Shown: one piece after another, positions 12,311-26,320 of the stretch | How the letters are laid out: each line of letters opens with the position of its first letter | Position numbering within the stretch: the stretch's first letter is position 1 | DNA from: Mobula hypostoma | Taxonomy: Eukaryota | Length of the DNA stretch: 64,000 nt | Reading direction: 5' to 3' | NCBI RefSeq assembly: GCF_963921235.1 | Contig: NC_086097.1 | Span: forward strand, 114,950,001 to 115,014,000 | The notes under the pieces: generated by a model | Told to the model about the DNA's origin: nothing | Seen by the model: the letters and a program-made list of their open reading frames with translations, nothing else | Database searches by the model: none | Made by a program: the position numbers and the translations under genes

Positions 12311-13129
12311 TTAATCCTGTTTATGTCCGAACACTCAGTGTGCGGGGAGGGGGGAGGGAGGAAGGGAGGGAGGGAGAGAGTGAGGGGGGGGGGAAGAGAC
12401 AGAGAGAGAGAGAGAAAGAAACTGTTGCAGAGTTTAAAGGAGAAAGAAAACAATAAACTCTAAGGCAACAGGGCTATTAACTAAAACTCTCAACTGAAAG
12501 TTGAATACCAATACTACGCTAGAAGCAATAACTAGATAGAAAATTAAGACCGCCGCTTTCCTGCGTCAGTCAAAACAGTAGTCCTCTTTCCTGGACAAGG
12601 ACAAAGGTAAGTAGGGAGCATAAATGTGCTTTTGGCCGTTTCAACAAGGCTAAAATGAAAAGAAGGGAGTTAAATACCACCAGAATGAAACAGTAATTAG
12701 CTGGAAAGTGTATATTCACGAGTGCAATTGTTAAATCTGTTGCGCAGCCCACCTGTGTAGTCTCTGCAGCAGAGTCTATGGTTATGACAATTTACCTTTT
12801 GCCAAGTTGCATGTGGCTCAAGCAATAATCTGGATATCACTATCTTTGATGTTCCACTTTTCACGACCCTCCTTAGCTCCTCACAATGCCTCAGTAAAAC
12901 ATTCACCCCAATCTCATTGATGCTTGCTTCTGTGTACAAGGGCCTCAGCTGGATCCTATTCTCCCTTTACACTCCAATTTCTTCTCTAGCCCAGAGGAAA
13001 CGTCTTGAACCCTGTCAACACCACCTTTAGGATTCTCTGACTCTTTGCATTTGTTCTCATAACTATACCATCCCCTATAATCCCATTCTCTCTTGGTGCA
13101 CTCTCCTCTCTTATCAAATACCTTCTTCA

Positions 13130-13760
13130 AGATTCAAGAATCAAGGTTGTTTAATGTCATTTCCTGTACACAACTGCAAGGAAAACAAAATAATTGTTAC
13201 TCTGAATCTGATGTAGCACACAAAGTTAAAGAACACAATAATAATAGTAAAAAAAATCAAATAAATATAAATACATAAGATAATGATTATACATCTGTAA
13301 AGTGATGCTAGGTTGTACATAAGTGACTGACAGGAAATAATAAAGTAATGGTGGAGTTAGTGGGTGGAGGTGTTGATCAGTCTTACTGCTTGGGGAAAGA
13401 CTGGTGGTCCTAACATGGATGCTATGTAGCCTTAGCCTTGATGAGAGAGGGACAAACAGTCCATGAGTAGGGCGGGTGTGATCCTTCATGATATTACTTG
13501 CCCTTTTCTGGCACCTTTCTGTATACACTGTATGCCCCTAATGTTGGGCAGGCTGGTGCCAGTGAGCTGTTGGAAAATCTGACTACCTGTTATAAAGCCT
13601 TCCTGTTTGCAGCTGTGCAGCTTCTGTACCAAGCAGTGATGCAGCTTGTTAGCATGCTCTCTGCTGTGTATCTGTAGAATGACGTGAGCATGCATGTGTA
13701 AAATCCAGCTCTCTTCAGCCTCCCTCAGAAAGTCGAGGCATTGTTGAGCTTCCTTGACTA
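13130..13760 (-). mobile_element. Rex1/Babar-type LINE 3' fragment
   Basis: CQKRASNIMKDHTRPTHGLFVPLSS resembles the family C-terminal KAxxIIKDPxHPxxxLFxLLPSGRR motif; TCTTGA-type tail. Confidence 0.72.
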
Positions 13761-13789
13761 TGGAGGGTATGATCTGGGACCACCAGTGA

Positions 13790-14085
13790 CTTTCTTTTAC
13801 AGCCCTTTACCTTTTCCAACTATCATCTCCCAGCTTCTCATTTCATTCCCTCCTCCACCCACCTACCTTTCCCCTCTCCTGGTCTCATCTAACACTTGCC
13901 AGCTTGAACTCCTTCCCCTCCCCCCACCTTCCTAATTTGTTTTTTTCCCCCTCCCTTTTCAGTCCTGATGAAAGGGTCTTGGTCTGAAATGGTCTCTGTT
14001 TATTCCCCTCTATAGATGCTGAGTTCCTCCAGCATTTTGTGTTTGTGTCTTTGATTTCCAGCATCTGTAGAATCTCATGTGTCCT
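13790..14085 (+). mobile_element. Solo Penelope pLTR with a degenerate hammerhead
   Basis: CAGTCCTGATGAAAGGGTCTTGGTCTGAAAT...TTCCAGCATCTGTAGAATCTC. Confidence 0.8.
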
Positions 14086-14194
14086 CACTTCTCTTTCTCC
14101 CCTCGTTTGAAGATTGTTGATCTGTGCTGTGTAGGGGAGGATAGTTCATTTGATGTATAGTAGAATTTGGATATTCTGTGTGTGTCTTTAATTT

Positions 14195-14600
14195 CAAAAA
14201 TAAACTTTATTCATAGGTATTTAAGGACAAAGAAAAGCATTCTACCCTCTTAGTGGTGCCCAGTATATAAATTCACCATGGTATTGATTCTGTACATTGG
14301 TGGTGTTCGCATATATTGTGCACATACCACCTTTGTCCCTCATATGGTCTCCCAGAGTGATAGAAAATTTAAGTGTTTCAGATACTTCACACTGGACCCA
14401 CCCCCTCAATATTCAGCGACAGAAAGACTCCAGACTGCAATCCTTTCCCACAAAAACAATGCACTCACTGCACTGAGCTTCAGCATGTACTTCAGAAACC
14501 TAGAAATTACCAATCAGCAGCACTCCCTGCTGAGGTGGACCAAGCTGCATGCATGGTTATCCTTGAAAGACCTCACCCAGAAGTCAATGAAGTTCCTCTG
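14195..14600 (-). mobile_element. Probable Tx1/L1-clade 3' remnant
   Basis: Minus-strand LSRECC*LVISRFLKYMLKLSAVSALFLWERIAV followed by AATAAAGTTTATTTTTG; resemblance recalled from memory. Confidence 0.5.
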
Positions 14601-17503
14601 AAGAAACAACCTATGTCCCATGATAATCAAAGCACAATAAGGTCAACAGAATTTACTATAAATCCTCTTCACTGCTTGTTATCTTACCAGTTTAGTGAAC
14701 CCTGGAGATTAAAACCAGGCACAAATTACAAGACTTGGCAAGATAAAGCTTTGCAAGCTTTCAAAATGGTTGGAATGCATTAAATGTAAAAGGTTTTCTC
14801 TATGTAAGTATAGAGATTCTCAGTTTATTGCCCATTAGAAAGTAATCAAATACAAATGTGAGGTATTGATTTTTCACTTTAACATTTTAACTTGGAACGA
14901 TAATTGCATTGCAAGTTTTGTAATATCTGGCAGCTTGACCTTGGTATCTTTTATTGACAAGATAGATTCAGTCTAATGCTTTTTGCTTTACACACTAGGG
15001 CTCTTATCCGAGTGTTAGTAAGACATTTTTAGTAAAAATTCTGTTGTGTTGTGCAGTGTGTACATGTGCTGTATGGAGATGATTTATTTACTCCGAACAC
15101 TGGATGCAGAGATGAAATATCAAAGAACAAGTAAACCATGAAATTAAAAAAAAAACTATATGTTGGCAGTCAGAAATTAAAAAGATTTTTTTTTAAGAAC
15201 AGATTAGCTTTATTTGTCACATGTACATCGTAACATTGAAACATACTGTGAAATGTGTCATTTTTTGCATCAAATCAAATCAGCAAGGATTGTGCTGGGG
15301 GGAGCCTGCATCCAGCATCAATAGAGCATGCCTATAAACTCACTAATCCTAACTCAAACCCTAACCCTAAATCGTTGGCATGTGAGAGGAAACCAGAGTA
15401 GAATTAGAATTAGAATTAGGCTTAATATCACTGATATACCTCTTGTAAGTTGTTGTTTTGTGGCAGCAGTACAATGCAGTATATAAAAAACACTATCAAT
15501 TACAATAAAAATATGTATTAAACAATATATTAAATAAATAGTGGATAAAGGGTTTATGAGGTGTCCAGGGAGGAGTAGCACCTCTGACGAAGGGGCTTCT
15601 CATGTCCAATCTGGGGCAGCTCACTTACCTTTGGTCCCCACCAGACACTCAGCTCTCTCCTGTGGCTCCTAGTAGTTTTCTGCTTGTGACAGCAGCCACA
15701 CACTGGTATACTGCTTCGACAGGCCGGCTGAACCAGGTGAGGGTAGCCGGCAGCCTCGTACCTAGTAGGTTAAGGATGTGCCTGTCCTAGATGTAAATTT
15801 AGCACCAGTGGACAGAGTCAATATGATCTACAGTGAGATCCAATGGTTCTGAAGGCGGTGCTGCAATGCTCCATTGAGATTGAAGAGCATGACAAGGTAT
15901 AGAAGATGACATGGTCATCCACCGCAACCAGAAGACCCCAGTTTGTGACCCTTGTTTGTATCACTGGACCCAGACTTCTGGGGTTGAGCGAGTGGAACTG
16001 TCCCAGTGCAATGGCTCTTCTCCACTTTAAAAACTCTCCCACATAAGTTTCCTGTCGTTGGACACGATGGACAACCATCATCAAGTGGATAAAGAGAGCA
16101 AAGATGGTCATGGGTTGGTTCATTGTCTGTGGAGGAAAACCATGGGGTCACAGAGAGAACATGCAAACTCTTTACCAACACTGGTGGAAATTGAAACCTG
16201 ATTGGTGATCGCTGCTGTTGTAAAGTATACCAGACACCACCTGTGAGAAATAGAGTAGATAGAAAATCCTTCATCAACACATAAAGCATATTGGATGATG
16301 CTACTGCAAAGTCATTTCACACATGCATGACAGTGGAATGGAATAGGCTACAGACATGATGGCATATTTGAATAAAGGGTAAAGGCCGACCCTTGTGTTA
16401 ATAAAAAGGCTCTAAGCATACCTGGCTTGTGTTCAGAAAGTCAACTAGTAAAACAGACAATGGAACCCTCATCAGTTCTGTCACCACCAAAGGGAGGGTT
16501 ACCATGCCTTGGAGCCATTGAGAGATATACCATGGAAACAGACATTTCAGTCTACTGTTTGCCCCAACTTTAACTCAAGTCAAAGTTCAAAGTGCATTTA
16601 TTAGCAAAGGTATGTATACATTATACAACCTTGTAATTTGTCTCCTTATGGGCAGCCACAAAACAAAGAAACCTCAAAAGAGCCCATTAAAGAAAATAGT
16701 CAAGCAACAGAGAGAGAGAAAAAAACATTATGTAAATAATAAAAGTAAGCAAGTAGCTTCAGCACTGAAGTTTTATGAAAGGTGTAGCTGGAGCAGGCCA
16801 CAGTGATGCCTGCACTCATTTTAACATTAATCATACATTACCCCATTCTATTCCTTTCACATTCCCAGATTGTGCCACTAGGGGTAATTTATAGTGGCCT
16901 ATTGACCTACCAAGCCATGTATTTTTGGGATGTGAGGGGAGCTCAGGTACCCATAAAAAACCCACACAGAAAACTCCAGATGCCAAGATTGAATCTGGGT
17001 CACTGGACCCTGTGAGGCATCAGCTCCACTAGCCTGGCCACTGGGCTTCTAATGCTCAGAACTCACAAAAAACTTATACCTTGCTCCTTTGCGCACAGAT
17101 CAGTTAATGTACCTTTGCAAGTGTCAACCATATTCAGTGCTTACTTTGTGAAATAAAAGCAGAGAGTGCCGGAAATACTCATCATGCCAGTGACTGATTG
17201 TGGATCTCACCACAAGCTTCTCTGAATCGGGTCACCCACCCTGTGCACTTGAGCAGTCCAGGATGTTGGAGCTTTTGTCTTAAGATGCCAGCGTCTGCTT
17301 AATAGTATTGGGTGTAGCAGTTTGGCTCTTGCTATATGTACATTCTCCTCTAGTGCATGGGCTCTGCAAAGCATTGAATAGATATCTCTTTACCACTAAC
17401 ATGGTGGTTGAAAAATTGTAAGTGCAATGGACACACATTAAAACTGAATTAAACTTAACCTGGAGGAGATCCTAGCAGTTTTGGCAGTTGGACTGTGCAA
17501 GAG

Positions 17504-20500
17504 TCAATCAAGATTTGAATAGCTCAGCAGAAAGCAGTTGACTAGACAATCGAGATTCGAATAGCTCAGACTCAGCAGAAAGCAGTTGATTGGGCAATCG
17601 AGGTCAGGTGACCAAGCAGTTTGAGCAGCTCAAACAAATAAATAGAGGGGTAGCTCAAGCAGAACAGCCTGTGGAAAGCGGCCAGTCAGTGAGTGGGTCA
17701 GTGAAGGAGTGGAGCTTTGAGGCTTTGACTCCAGAGGTTTCGGCGAGAAGAGGCGGAGGACGAGCTTGTTCCCAATTAGTCTTTACAATGCCTCCTGAGA
17801 CGCTGATGTGCCTCTCATGTGAGATGTGGCAGTCTTGGGGGAACACCCCTCTCCCACAGAGTCACATCTGCCAGAAGTGCATACGGCTGGGTGATCTGGA
17901 AGTCCGTGTAAGGAATCTGGAGCAGCAGCTGGATGACCTTCGACTCGTAAGGGAGAATGAGGCAGTCATAGATGAGAACTATAGGGAGGTAGTCACACCT
18001 AAGTTGTCGGAAGCAGGTTGTTGGGTGACAGTCAGAGGGGGGGAAAGTGAAGGTGAGTAGACAGATAGTGCAGAGCACCCCTGTAGCTATTCCCCTGAAT
18101 AATAAGTTTACCGTCCTGGATACTGTTGGCGGGAACAACCGACCAGGTGTGAGCCATGGTGGCAGGGCCTCTGGCACTGAGTTTGACCCTGTGGTGCAGA
18201 AGGGTGGGACGGAGAAGAGGAGAGCTGTCGTCATTGGAGACTCTATAGTCAGGAGCAGACAGGAGGTTTTGCAGACGTGAGAAGGACACCCGCATGGTTT
18301 GTTGCCTCCCGGGTGCCAGGGTCCGGGATGTCTCTGACCGGGTGCACGACATCCTGGTACGAGAGGGAAAGCAACCAGAATTCATGATACATGTGGCACC
18401 AATGACATAGGCAGGAAGAGGGATGAGGTCTTGAAGTGTGAGTTTCAGGAACTAGGCAGAAGACTGAAGAACAGGACCTCAAGGGTGACGTTCTCAGGAT
18501 TTCTGTCAGTGCTACGTAACAATGATGGTAAGAATTGAAGGAGATGGCAGTTGAATGTGTGGCTGAGGATTTGGTGGAGGAAGCAGGGTTTTAGATTTTT
18601 GGATCATTGGGATCTCTTCTGGGGAAGGTGGGACCAGGACAGATTGGATGGGTTGCACCTGAACTTGAGGGGAAGCAATATCCTTGCAAGTAGGTTTTCT
18701 AGCATGGTTCGGGAGGGTTTAAACTCATTTGCAAGGGGGATGGAATCCGGAACAATAGAGCAGTGAAAGAAACGCATGGAGTAAAGCCAGATCTAACATA
18801 TAGAGAGGCTTTGAGGAAAGAGAAGCAGAATAAATGGTGTAAAGGTAGGAAGGTAGAAGGGCTAATGTGCGTGTACTTCAATGCAAGAAGCATCAGGAAC
18901 AAAGATGATGAACTGAGGGCTTGGATACATACATGGAATTATGATGTAGTGGCCATTACAGAGACTTGGCAGGCACCAGGGCAGGAATGGATTCTCAATA
19001 TTCCTGGATTTCAGTGCTTTAAAAGGGATGGGGGGCGAAAGGGGAGGAGGGGTGTCATTACTGGTTAGGGATACTATTAAAGCTACAGAAAGGGTGGGTA
19101 ATGTAGCAGGATCCTCTTTTGAGTCAGTATGGGTGGAAGTCAGGAACAGGAAAGGAGGAGTTACTCTGTTGGGGGTATTCTATATGCCCCCGGTAGCAGC
19201 AGAGATACCGAGAAGCAGATTGGGAATCAGATTTTGGAAAGGTGCAAAAATAACAGGGTTGTTATCATGGGTGACTTTAACTTCCCTAATATTGATTGGC
19301 ACCTGATTAGTTTCAAGGGTTTGGATGGGGCAGAGTTTAAGTGTGTCCAGGATGGAATCCTGTCACAGTATGTTGACAGGCTGACTAAGGGGAATGCCAT
19401 ACCAGATCCAGTATTAGGTAATGAACCGGGTTAGGTCACAGATCTCTCTGTGAGTGAACATCTGGGGGACAGATCCCTGGCCTTCAGCATTATCATGGAA
19501 AAGGTAATTATCATAGAATCAGAAAGGACAGGAAAATTTTTAATTCGGGAAGTGCAAATTATGAGACTACAAGGCTAGAACTTGTGGGTGTGAATTGGGA
19601 TGATTTTTTTGCAGGGAAATGTACTGTGGACATGTGGTCGACGTTTAGAGATCTCTTGCAGAATGTAGGGATAAATTTATCCCAGTGAGGAAGATAAAGA
19701 ATGGTAGGGTGAAGGAACCATGGGTGACATGTAAGGTGGAAAATCTAGTCAGGTGGAAGAAGGCAGCATACATGAGGTTTAGGAAGCAAGGATCAGATGG
19801 GTCTATTGAGGAATATAGGGTAGCAAGAAAGGAGCTTAAGAAGGGGCTGAGAAGAACAAGAAGGGGGCATGAGAAGGCCTTGGTGAGTAGGGTAAAGGAA
19901 AACCCCAAGGCATTCTTCAATTATGTGAAGAACAAAAGGATGACAGGAGTGAAAGTAGGACTGATTAGAGATAAAGGTGGGAAGATGTGCCTGGAGGCTG
20001 TGGAAGTGAGTGAGGTCCTCAGTGAATACTTCTCTTCGGTATTCACCAATGAGAGGGAACTTGATGATGGTGAGGACAATATGAGTGAGGTTGATGTTCT
20101 GGAGCATGTTGATATTAAGGCAGAGGAGGTGTTGGAGTTATTAAAATACATTAGGACGGAAAAGTCCCCAGAGCCTGATGGAATATTCCCCAGGCTGCTC
20201 CACGAGGTGAGGGAAGAGATTGCTGAGCCTCTGGCTAGGATCTTTATGTCCTCGTTGTCCACAGGAATGGTACTGGAGGATTGGAGGGAGGTGAATGTTG
20301 TCCCTTTGTTCAAAAAAGGTAGTAGGGATAGTCCGGGTAATTATAGACCAGTGAGCCTTGCACCTGTGGTGGGAAAGCTGTTGGAAAAGATTCTTAGAGA
20401 TAGGATCTATGGGCATTTAGAGAATCGTGCTCTGATCAGGGACAGTCAGCATGTCTTTGTGAAGGGCAGATCATGGCTAACAAGCCTGATAGAGTTCTTT

Positions 20501-21678
20501 GAGGAGGTGACCAGGCATATAGATGAGGGTAGTGCAGTAGATGTGATCTATATGGATTTTAGTAAGGCATTTGACAAGGTTCCACATGGTAGGCTTATTC
20601 AGAAAGTCAGAAGGCATGGGATCCAGGGAAGTTTGGCCCGGTGGATGCAGAAGGCAGAGGGTTGTGGTGGAGGGAGTACATTCAGAATGCAGAGTTGTGA
20701 CTAGTGGTGCCCCTCAAGGATTGGTTCTGGGACCTCAACTTTTCATGATTTTTATTATCGACGTGGATGTGGGAGTAGAAGGGTGGGTTGGCAAGTTTGC
20801 AGATGACACAAAGGTTGGTGGTGTTGTAGATAGTGCAGAGGATTGTCAAAGATTGCAAAGAGACATTGATAGGATGCAGAAGTGGGCTGAGAAGTGGCAG
20901 ATGGAGTTCAACCCGGAGAAGTGTGAGGTGGTGCACTTTGGAAGGACAAACTCCAAGGCAGACTACAAAGTAAATGGTAGGATACTTGGTAGTGTGGAAG
21001 AGCAGAGGGATCTGGGGGTTCATGTCCACAGATCCCTGAAAGTTGCCTCACAGGTAGATAGGATAGTTAAGAAAGCTTATGGGGTGTTAGCTTTCATAAG
21101 TCGAGGGATAGAGTTTAAGAGTCGCGAGGTAATGATGCAGCTCTATAAAACTCTGGTTAGGCCACACTTGGAGTACTGTGTCCATTTCTGGTCACCTCAC
21201 TATAGGAAGGATGTGGAAGCATTGGAAAGGGTACAGAGGAGATTTACCAGGATGCTGCCTGGTTTAGAGAGCATGGATTATGATCAGAGATTAAGGGAAC
21301 TAGGGCTTTACTCTTTGGAGAGAAGGATGATGAGAGGAGACAAGATATTAAGAGGAATAGATGGAGTGGATAGCCAGCGCATCTTCCCCAGGGCGCCACT
21401 GCTCAATACAAGGGGACATGGCTTTAAGGTAAGGGGTGGGAAGTTCAAGGGGGATATTAGAGGAAGATTTTTTACTCAGAGTGGTTGGTGTGTGGAATAC
21501 ACTGCCCGAATCAGTGGTGGAGGCAGATACATTCGTGAAATTTAAGAGACTTCTAGTCAGGTATATGGAGGAATTTAAGGTGGGGGGTTATATGGGAGGC
21601 AGGGTTTGAGGTTTGGAACAACAATGTGGGCTGAATGGCCTGTACTGTGCTGTACTATTCTATGTTCTATGTTCTATG
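17504..21678 (+). mobile_element. Near full-length CR1 (second subfamily), multiply frameshifted
   Basis: ORF1 from ATG 17788 with CxxC...HxCxxC, coiled coil and GDS esterase; ORF2 APE (AITETW, GDFN) and RT (FADD); tail (TTCTATG)n at 21655-21678. Confidence 0.95.
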
Positions 21679-21809
21679 AGATGCAAGAGGCTGAAAATGC
21701 TGGAATATTGTACAAAAGCCAAGATTCTGGAGGAACTCTGGGGCAGGCAGTCAAACAACGGCAAGCTTTCAGTCACCACCTAGGATGCCTTGTTTTGATT
21801 AAATGTTGC

Positions 21810-22403
21810 AGTACACTGTATTTTAATTTTACTTTTTTTTAGGTTTTATGCAAGGTATAAAAGGAATCCGCTTTGTAGACTTATTCTGGTGTTAGATTCT
21901 CATCAGTGACAATCTTCATAAATTCATCAATGACTTTCTCTGCTGCTTTGTGATCAGCAGACACTTTATCATTAAATCTTTCCAAATCATTAAAAATGTA
22001 ATGCCATCCCTTTCTTAAATTTCTGCAGCCATCCTGATGAATATTCACAACTACGTTCAATTTTCAGTTTCTCAGAATAGATCTTCACTTGTTTCATGAT
22101 TAGCATCCTGTTAGGTGGCATATGTTCACTATGACGCTGACAAATCCATTCTTTCAATAAATGATTGAGACCTTCATTTTTCACTTGATACAGTGATTTT
22201 CTATTTTGTATTAACTTCTGTTCATTATATATGTGAGGTAATTTCTCAGAACTGCCTGTGATGTGCAGAAACATGCCCCTTGCCTGGGAACCTTTCCAGT
22301 GCCTTGTGGAATTGTCCATTTGTGACATCATGTCTGCGCTCAAAAACATTTTGGACTTTGGAGGTTTTTAGATTTTGGAATTTCGGATAAGGGGTACTCA
22401 ACT
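21810..22403 (-). mobile_element. Tigger/pogo fragment with CENP-B-type HTH
   Basis: LNHLLKEWICQRHSEHMP...YSSGWLQKFKK; terminus-like AGTTGAGTACCCCTTATCCGAAATTCC. Confidence 0.8.
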
Positions 22404-22404
22404 C

Positions 22405-24055
22405 TCGTGATCCTTCAAGAATCAATAGAACCCAGAATAGTTCCTGAGGAGTGAAAAATTGTAAATTTTGTTCCACTCTTTAAGAAGAAACAGAGAAAAA
22501 AGACAGGAAATTATAGGCCAGTTAGTCTGATTTCTGTAAAATGTTAGAGTCCACCATTAAGGATGAGGTTTCGGTGTACTTGGCAGCACATGATAAAATT
22601 GGCCAAAGTCAACATGGTTTCCATATGGGGAAATCTTGCTGACAAATCTGTTGGAATTCTTTGAGGAAACCAGAGGCAGGATAAACAAAGGTGAGTTAGA
22701 GGGCATTGCTTACTTGGATTTCAGAAGGTCTTTGTCTATTTGCCACACACGAGGCAGCAAAACAAGATAAGAGCCCATGGTATTACAGGAAAGATACTAG
22801 CATGGATAGAAGATTGACAGACTAGCATGAATCAGAGTCGGAATAAATGGGATCTTTTCTGGTTGACTGCTAGTGAATAATGGTGCTCCACAGGGGTTGT
22901 TACTGGAACCACTTATTTTCACGTTATATCATCAATGATTTGGATGATGAAATTCATGCTTTTATGGTTTTGTGGCCAAGTTTTCAGATGACACAAAAAT
23001 AGGAGGAGGTGCAGTAGTGTTGAGGAAGCAGGGAGTCTGCAGAAATACTTACATAAATTAGGAGAACAGGCGAAGAAGTGGCTGATGGAATATAGTGTTG
23101 AGAAGTGTATGATCATGCACTTTGGTAGAAGGAATAAAGGCTTAGACTGTTTTCTAAATGGGGAGCAAATTCAGAAATCAGAGGTACAAAGGGACTTAGG
23201 GTCCTAGTGCAGGATTCCCTGAAGATTAATATGCTAGATGAGTCAGTGGTAAGGAAGGCAATACAATATTAGCATTGATTTCAAGAGGATGAGAATATAA
23301 AAAGGAGGATGAGAATATAATAACAAGGATGTAATGCTGAAGCTTTATAATGCTTGGTCAGATCACCCTTGGAGTATTGTGAGTAGTTTTCAGCCCTTAA
23401 GCTGGCTGGTGGCGTAGTGGCATCAGCGCCGGACTTCGGAGTGAATGCTCCCGCGTTCAAATCCAGCCGGCTCCCTTGTGTGCTTTCCATCCGTCGTCAT
23501 CGTCCCCCTCCTCCTCCTCCTCCTCCTTCTTCTTCTTCTTCTTCTTCTTCTCTTATCTATGAAAAGACGTGCTGGTATTGGAGAGGTTCCTGAGAATGAT
23601 ACTGGGTGTGAAAGTATGATGAATTAATGTATGAGGATTGTTTGAAGGCTCTGACAATGACTTGCTGAGTTTCAAAGAATGTGAGAGTTTTCAATGAAAC
23701 CTTTCAAGTATTGGAAGGCCTAGATAGAGCAGATGTGGATAAAATGTCTGCTATAGTGGGGGATTCTAGGACCAGAAGGCACAGCCTCAGATTACAAGAA
23801 CATCCCTTTAGAAACGAGGTGAAAAGGAATTTCTTTAGCCAAAGAGTAGTGAATCTGGAGAATTCATTGCCACAGAAGGTTGTGGAGGTCAGATCACTGG
23901 GTATATTTAAAGCAGAGGTTAATAGTTTCTTGATTAGTAAGGGAGTTGAAAGTTATGGAGAGAATACAGGTGAAGAGGGATAATAAGTCACCCATGATGA
24001 AATGGTGAAGCAGAATCGTTAGGCTGAATGGCCTAACTGGACTCCTATAGCTTAG
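22405..24055 (+). mobile_element. Degraded CR1 RT/3' fragment
   Basis: Remnants of NYRPVSL, QHGF, GKSCLTNLLEFFE and RNFFSQRVVNL. Confidence 0.88.
23401..23552 (+). mobile_element. Short tRNA-derived SINE with (CCT)n(CTT)n tail
   Basis: Box A TGGCGTAGTGG, box B GCGTTCAAATCC; interrupts the CR1 QFWAPYL coding sequence with CCCTTA / CTCTTA duplication. Confidence 0.82.
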
Positions 24056-25009
24056 GATTTGATGCATGACCCATGTTTCAGAATGCTCTGACAGGCTTTG
24101 GAGGTTTGCTGTGCAGTGCTCCACCAAAGACTTTTTGAGTATTTATCTATATATATTAAGCAAACTACATAATCTTTGCTTCCAATCTCTGTTACTGTCT
24201 CCAATGTTTCGGTGTTTGATTAAGGATGGTATTCCTTATGAAATTTATATTGATAATTGCTTATAACATTTCATTAAGTTATATCATAGTGACATCCTAA
24301 GTTCAGTGTGGCAGTAGCATCTTTGCCAGTTTCTTAGTGAGGACCATCCAATGCTTAACCATGGGGTACAAGATGTGCCTTCAATACAGTGTTAATGATA
24401 TACTGCATTATCAGGAAGCTATATGTCAGATTATGTACTAAGCAACATCTTTGTCGGCTCTATGGTAGCTGAAAGTTAGATGAGCCTGCAGTTCTCTATC
24501 TCCCACTGCTACTTTGACTACATTTTCTACTAGTTTGCTTCCTATGAGGGCAATATTTTATTCTGTCAGTTTAAATGAGATGCCAATGGAAATAGAGGAA
24601 ATGGGAGAATGATATGGTGCCAACTGTCAACCCATAGCTTCCGTAACGTGTTCCCTTTCCCCTCCACCATGGGTGACAGGGCCCTAAATTCTGCTTGTCT
24701 CTGTACTTCTGTTCTCATTCCTTATCCCTAACTTCTAGACCAACAATAACGTTTCCCATGTATTCACTTTCCACTTCAACTGCCTCAATATTTAAAGATT
24801 ATTTCCACACTTTCTGACACAAAACCACCATCATTCACACTTGCACACTTTTTATATGGTACACTGTTTCATCTCCTGGAAACCATTTCTCCTCCCTTAA
24901 TCCTCTTCCCACAATCCTTCTAGATTCCACGGCAGATGCTAAACCTTTTATTTTATCTCCTACCTTCCAGGAACTTTATGGTCATGGACTTAGTTTGGAG
25001 AAACACAGG

Positions 25010-26320
25010 TGTAGATCATTTTCTCGATGAGGAGCAAATTCAGAAATCAGAGGCGCAAAGGGACTTGAGAGTCATAGTGCAGAATTCCCTAAAGCTAAAA
25101 TTGCAGGTTGAGCTGGTGGTAAGGAATGCACCTGAAATGCTAGCATTCATATTAAGAATACTAGCATATAAAAGCAAGGATGTAATGCTGAGGCATTATT
25201 AGGTATTGGTCAGACTGCATTTGGAGTATTGTGAGCAATTTTGGCCCCTTATCTAAGAAAGGATGTGCTGACATTGGGCAGGTTCCAGAGGAGGTGTATA
25301 GGAATTATCCCAGAAATGAAAAGATAATGTATTAAGAATGTTTGATAGTGCTGGCCCTGTGTTTCCTGGAACTTAGAAGAAAGAGGGGGGTTCTCATTAA
25401 AAACTACCAAATGTTGAGCACCTCCTCTGCTCCATCCGCTAAAAGTGGAACTTCCTGTTGGCCAAGCATTTTAATTCTGAATCCCATTCCCGTTCCGAAG
25501 TGTTGGTCCATGGCTTCCTCTTGTGCCAAGATGAGGCCACCCTCAGGGTGGGGGAACAACACCTTATATTCTGTCTGGGTAACTTCCAACCTGATGGCAA
25601 GTATATAAAATTCCCCTTCTGGTAAACAAAATTCCCTTCCCCTCCTATCATCTTCTATTTCCCACTCTAGCCTTTTACCTCTTCTCACCTGCCTATCACT
25701 TTCCCCGGGATCCCCCTTCCCTTTATCCTATGGTCCACTCTCCTCTCCTATCAGTTTCTTCCTACTCTAGTGATTTAACTTTCCCACCCACCTGGCTTCA
25801 CCCATCATTTTCCAGCTAGCCTCTTTCCCCTCCTTTCAAATTTTATTCTGTTGTCTTTCCCCTTCCTCCTCAGTCTTGAAGAAGGATCTTGGTTCAAAAT
25901 ATTATCTGTTTACTTATTTCCATTAATGCTGCTTAACCTGATGAATTCCTCCAGCATTTTGGGTGTGTTGCTCTGAATATTGAAAAGCTTAGAAAGAGTG
26001 AACGTAGAGACATTTCCACTAACGGGGAAGTCTAGCCCCAGAGGGCACAGCCTCAGAATGCAGGGTTGTCACTTAGACCAGAGATGAGGAGGAATTCCTT
26101 TGGCCAGAGGGTGGTGAATCTGTGGAATTTATTGGCGTAGACAGCTGTGTAGGCTAAGTCATTGGGTATATTTAAAGAGGAGTTTGATAGGTTATTTTTT
26201 AGTTAGGAAGTCAAAGGTTGCTGGGTGAAAACAGGAGAATGGTGTTAAGAGGGAAAATAAATCAGGCATGATAGAGCAGAATTGATGGGTCAAATGCCCT
26301 AAATCTGCTCCTATCTCTTA
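25010..26320 (+). mobile_element. Degraded CR1 3' fragment interrupted by a Penelope 3' piece (about 25418-25975)
   Basis: CR1 RT tail motifs on both sides; Penelope GIY-YIG end plus pLTR flanked by AATGTTGA / AATATTGA. Confidence 0.85.

Noticed and set aside
15560..16085. CTGACGA near 15584 as another hammerhead, within a repeat-like segment
   Set aside because: No correctly placed GAAA box or closing helices; the segment could not be classified.
17496..21689. TGCAAGAG at 17496-17503 and 21682-21689 as the TSD of the second CR1
   Set aside because: The right copy is offset from the tail and is part of a pLTR-like start, so it may be coincidental.
23401..23475. Functional tRNA gene (also 7500-7576)
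   Set aside because: A and B boxes are present but there is no convincing cloverleaf; microsatellite tails and TSDs indicate SINEs.
23445..23627. Poly-Leu membrane peptide ORF; also the poly-His/Asp ORFs near 7450
   Set aside because: Translations of SINE trinucleotide tails.
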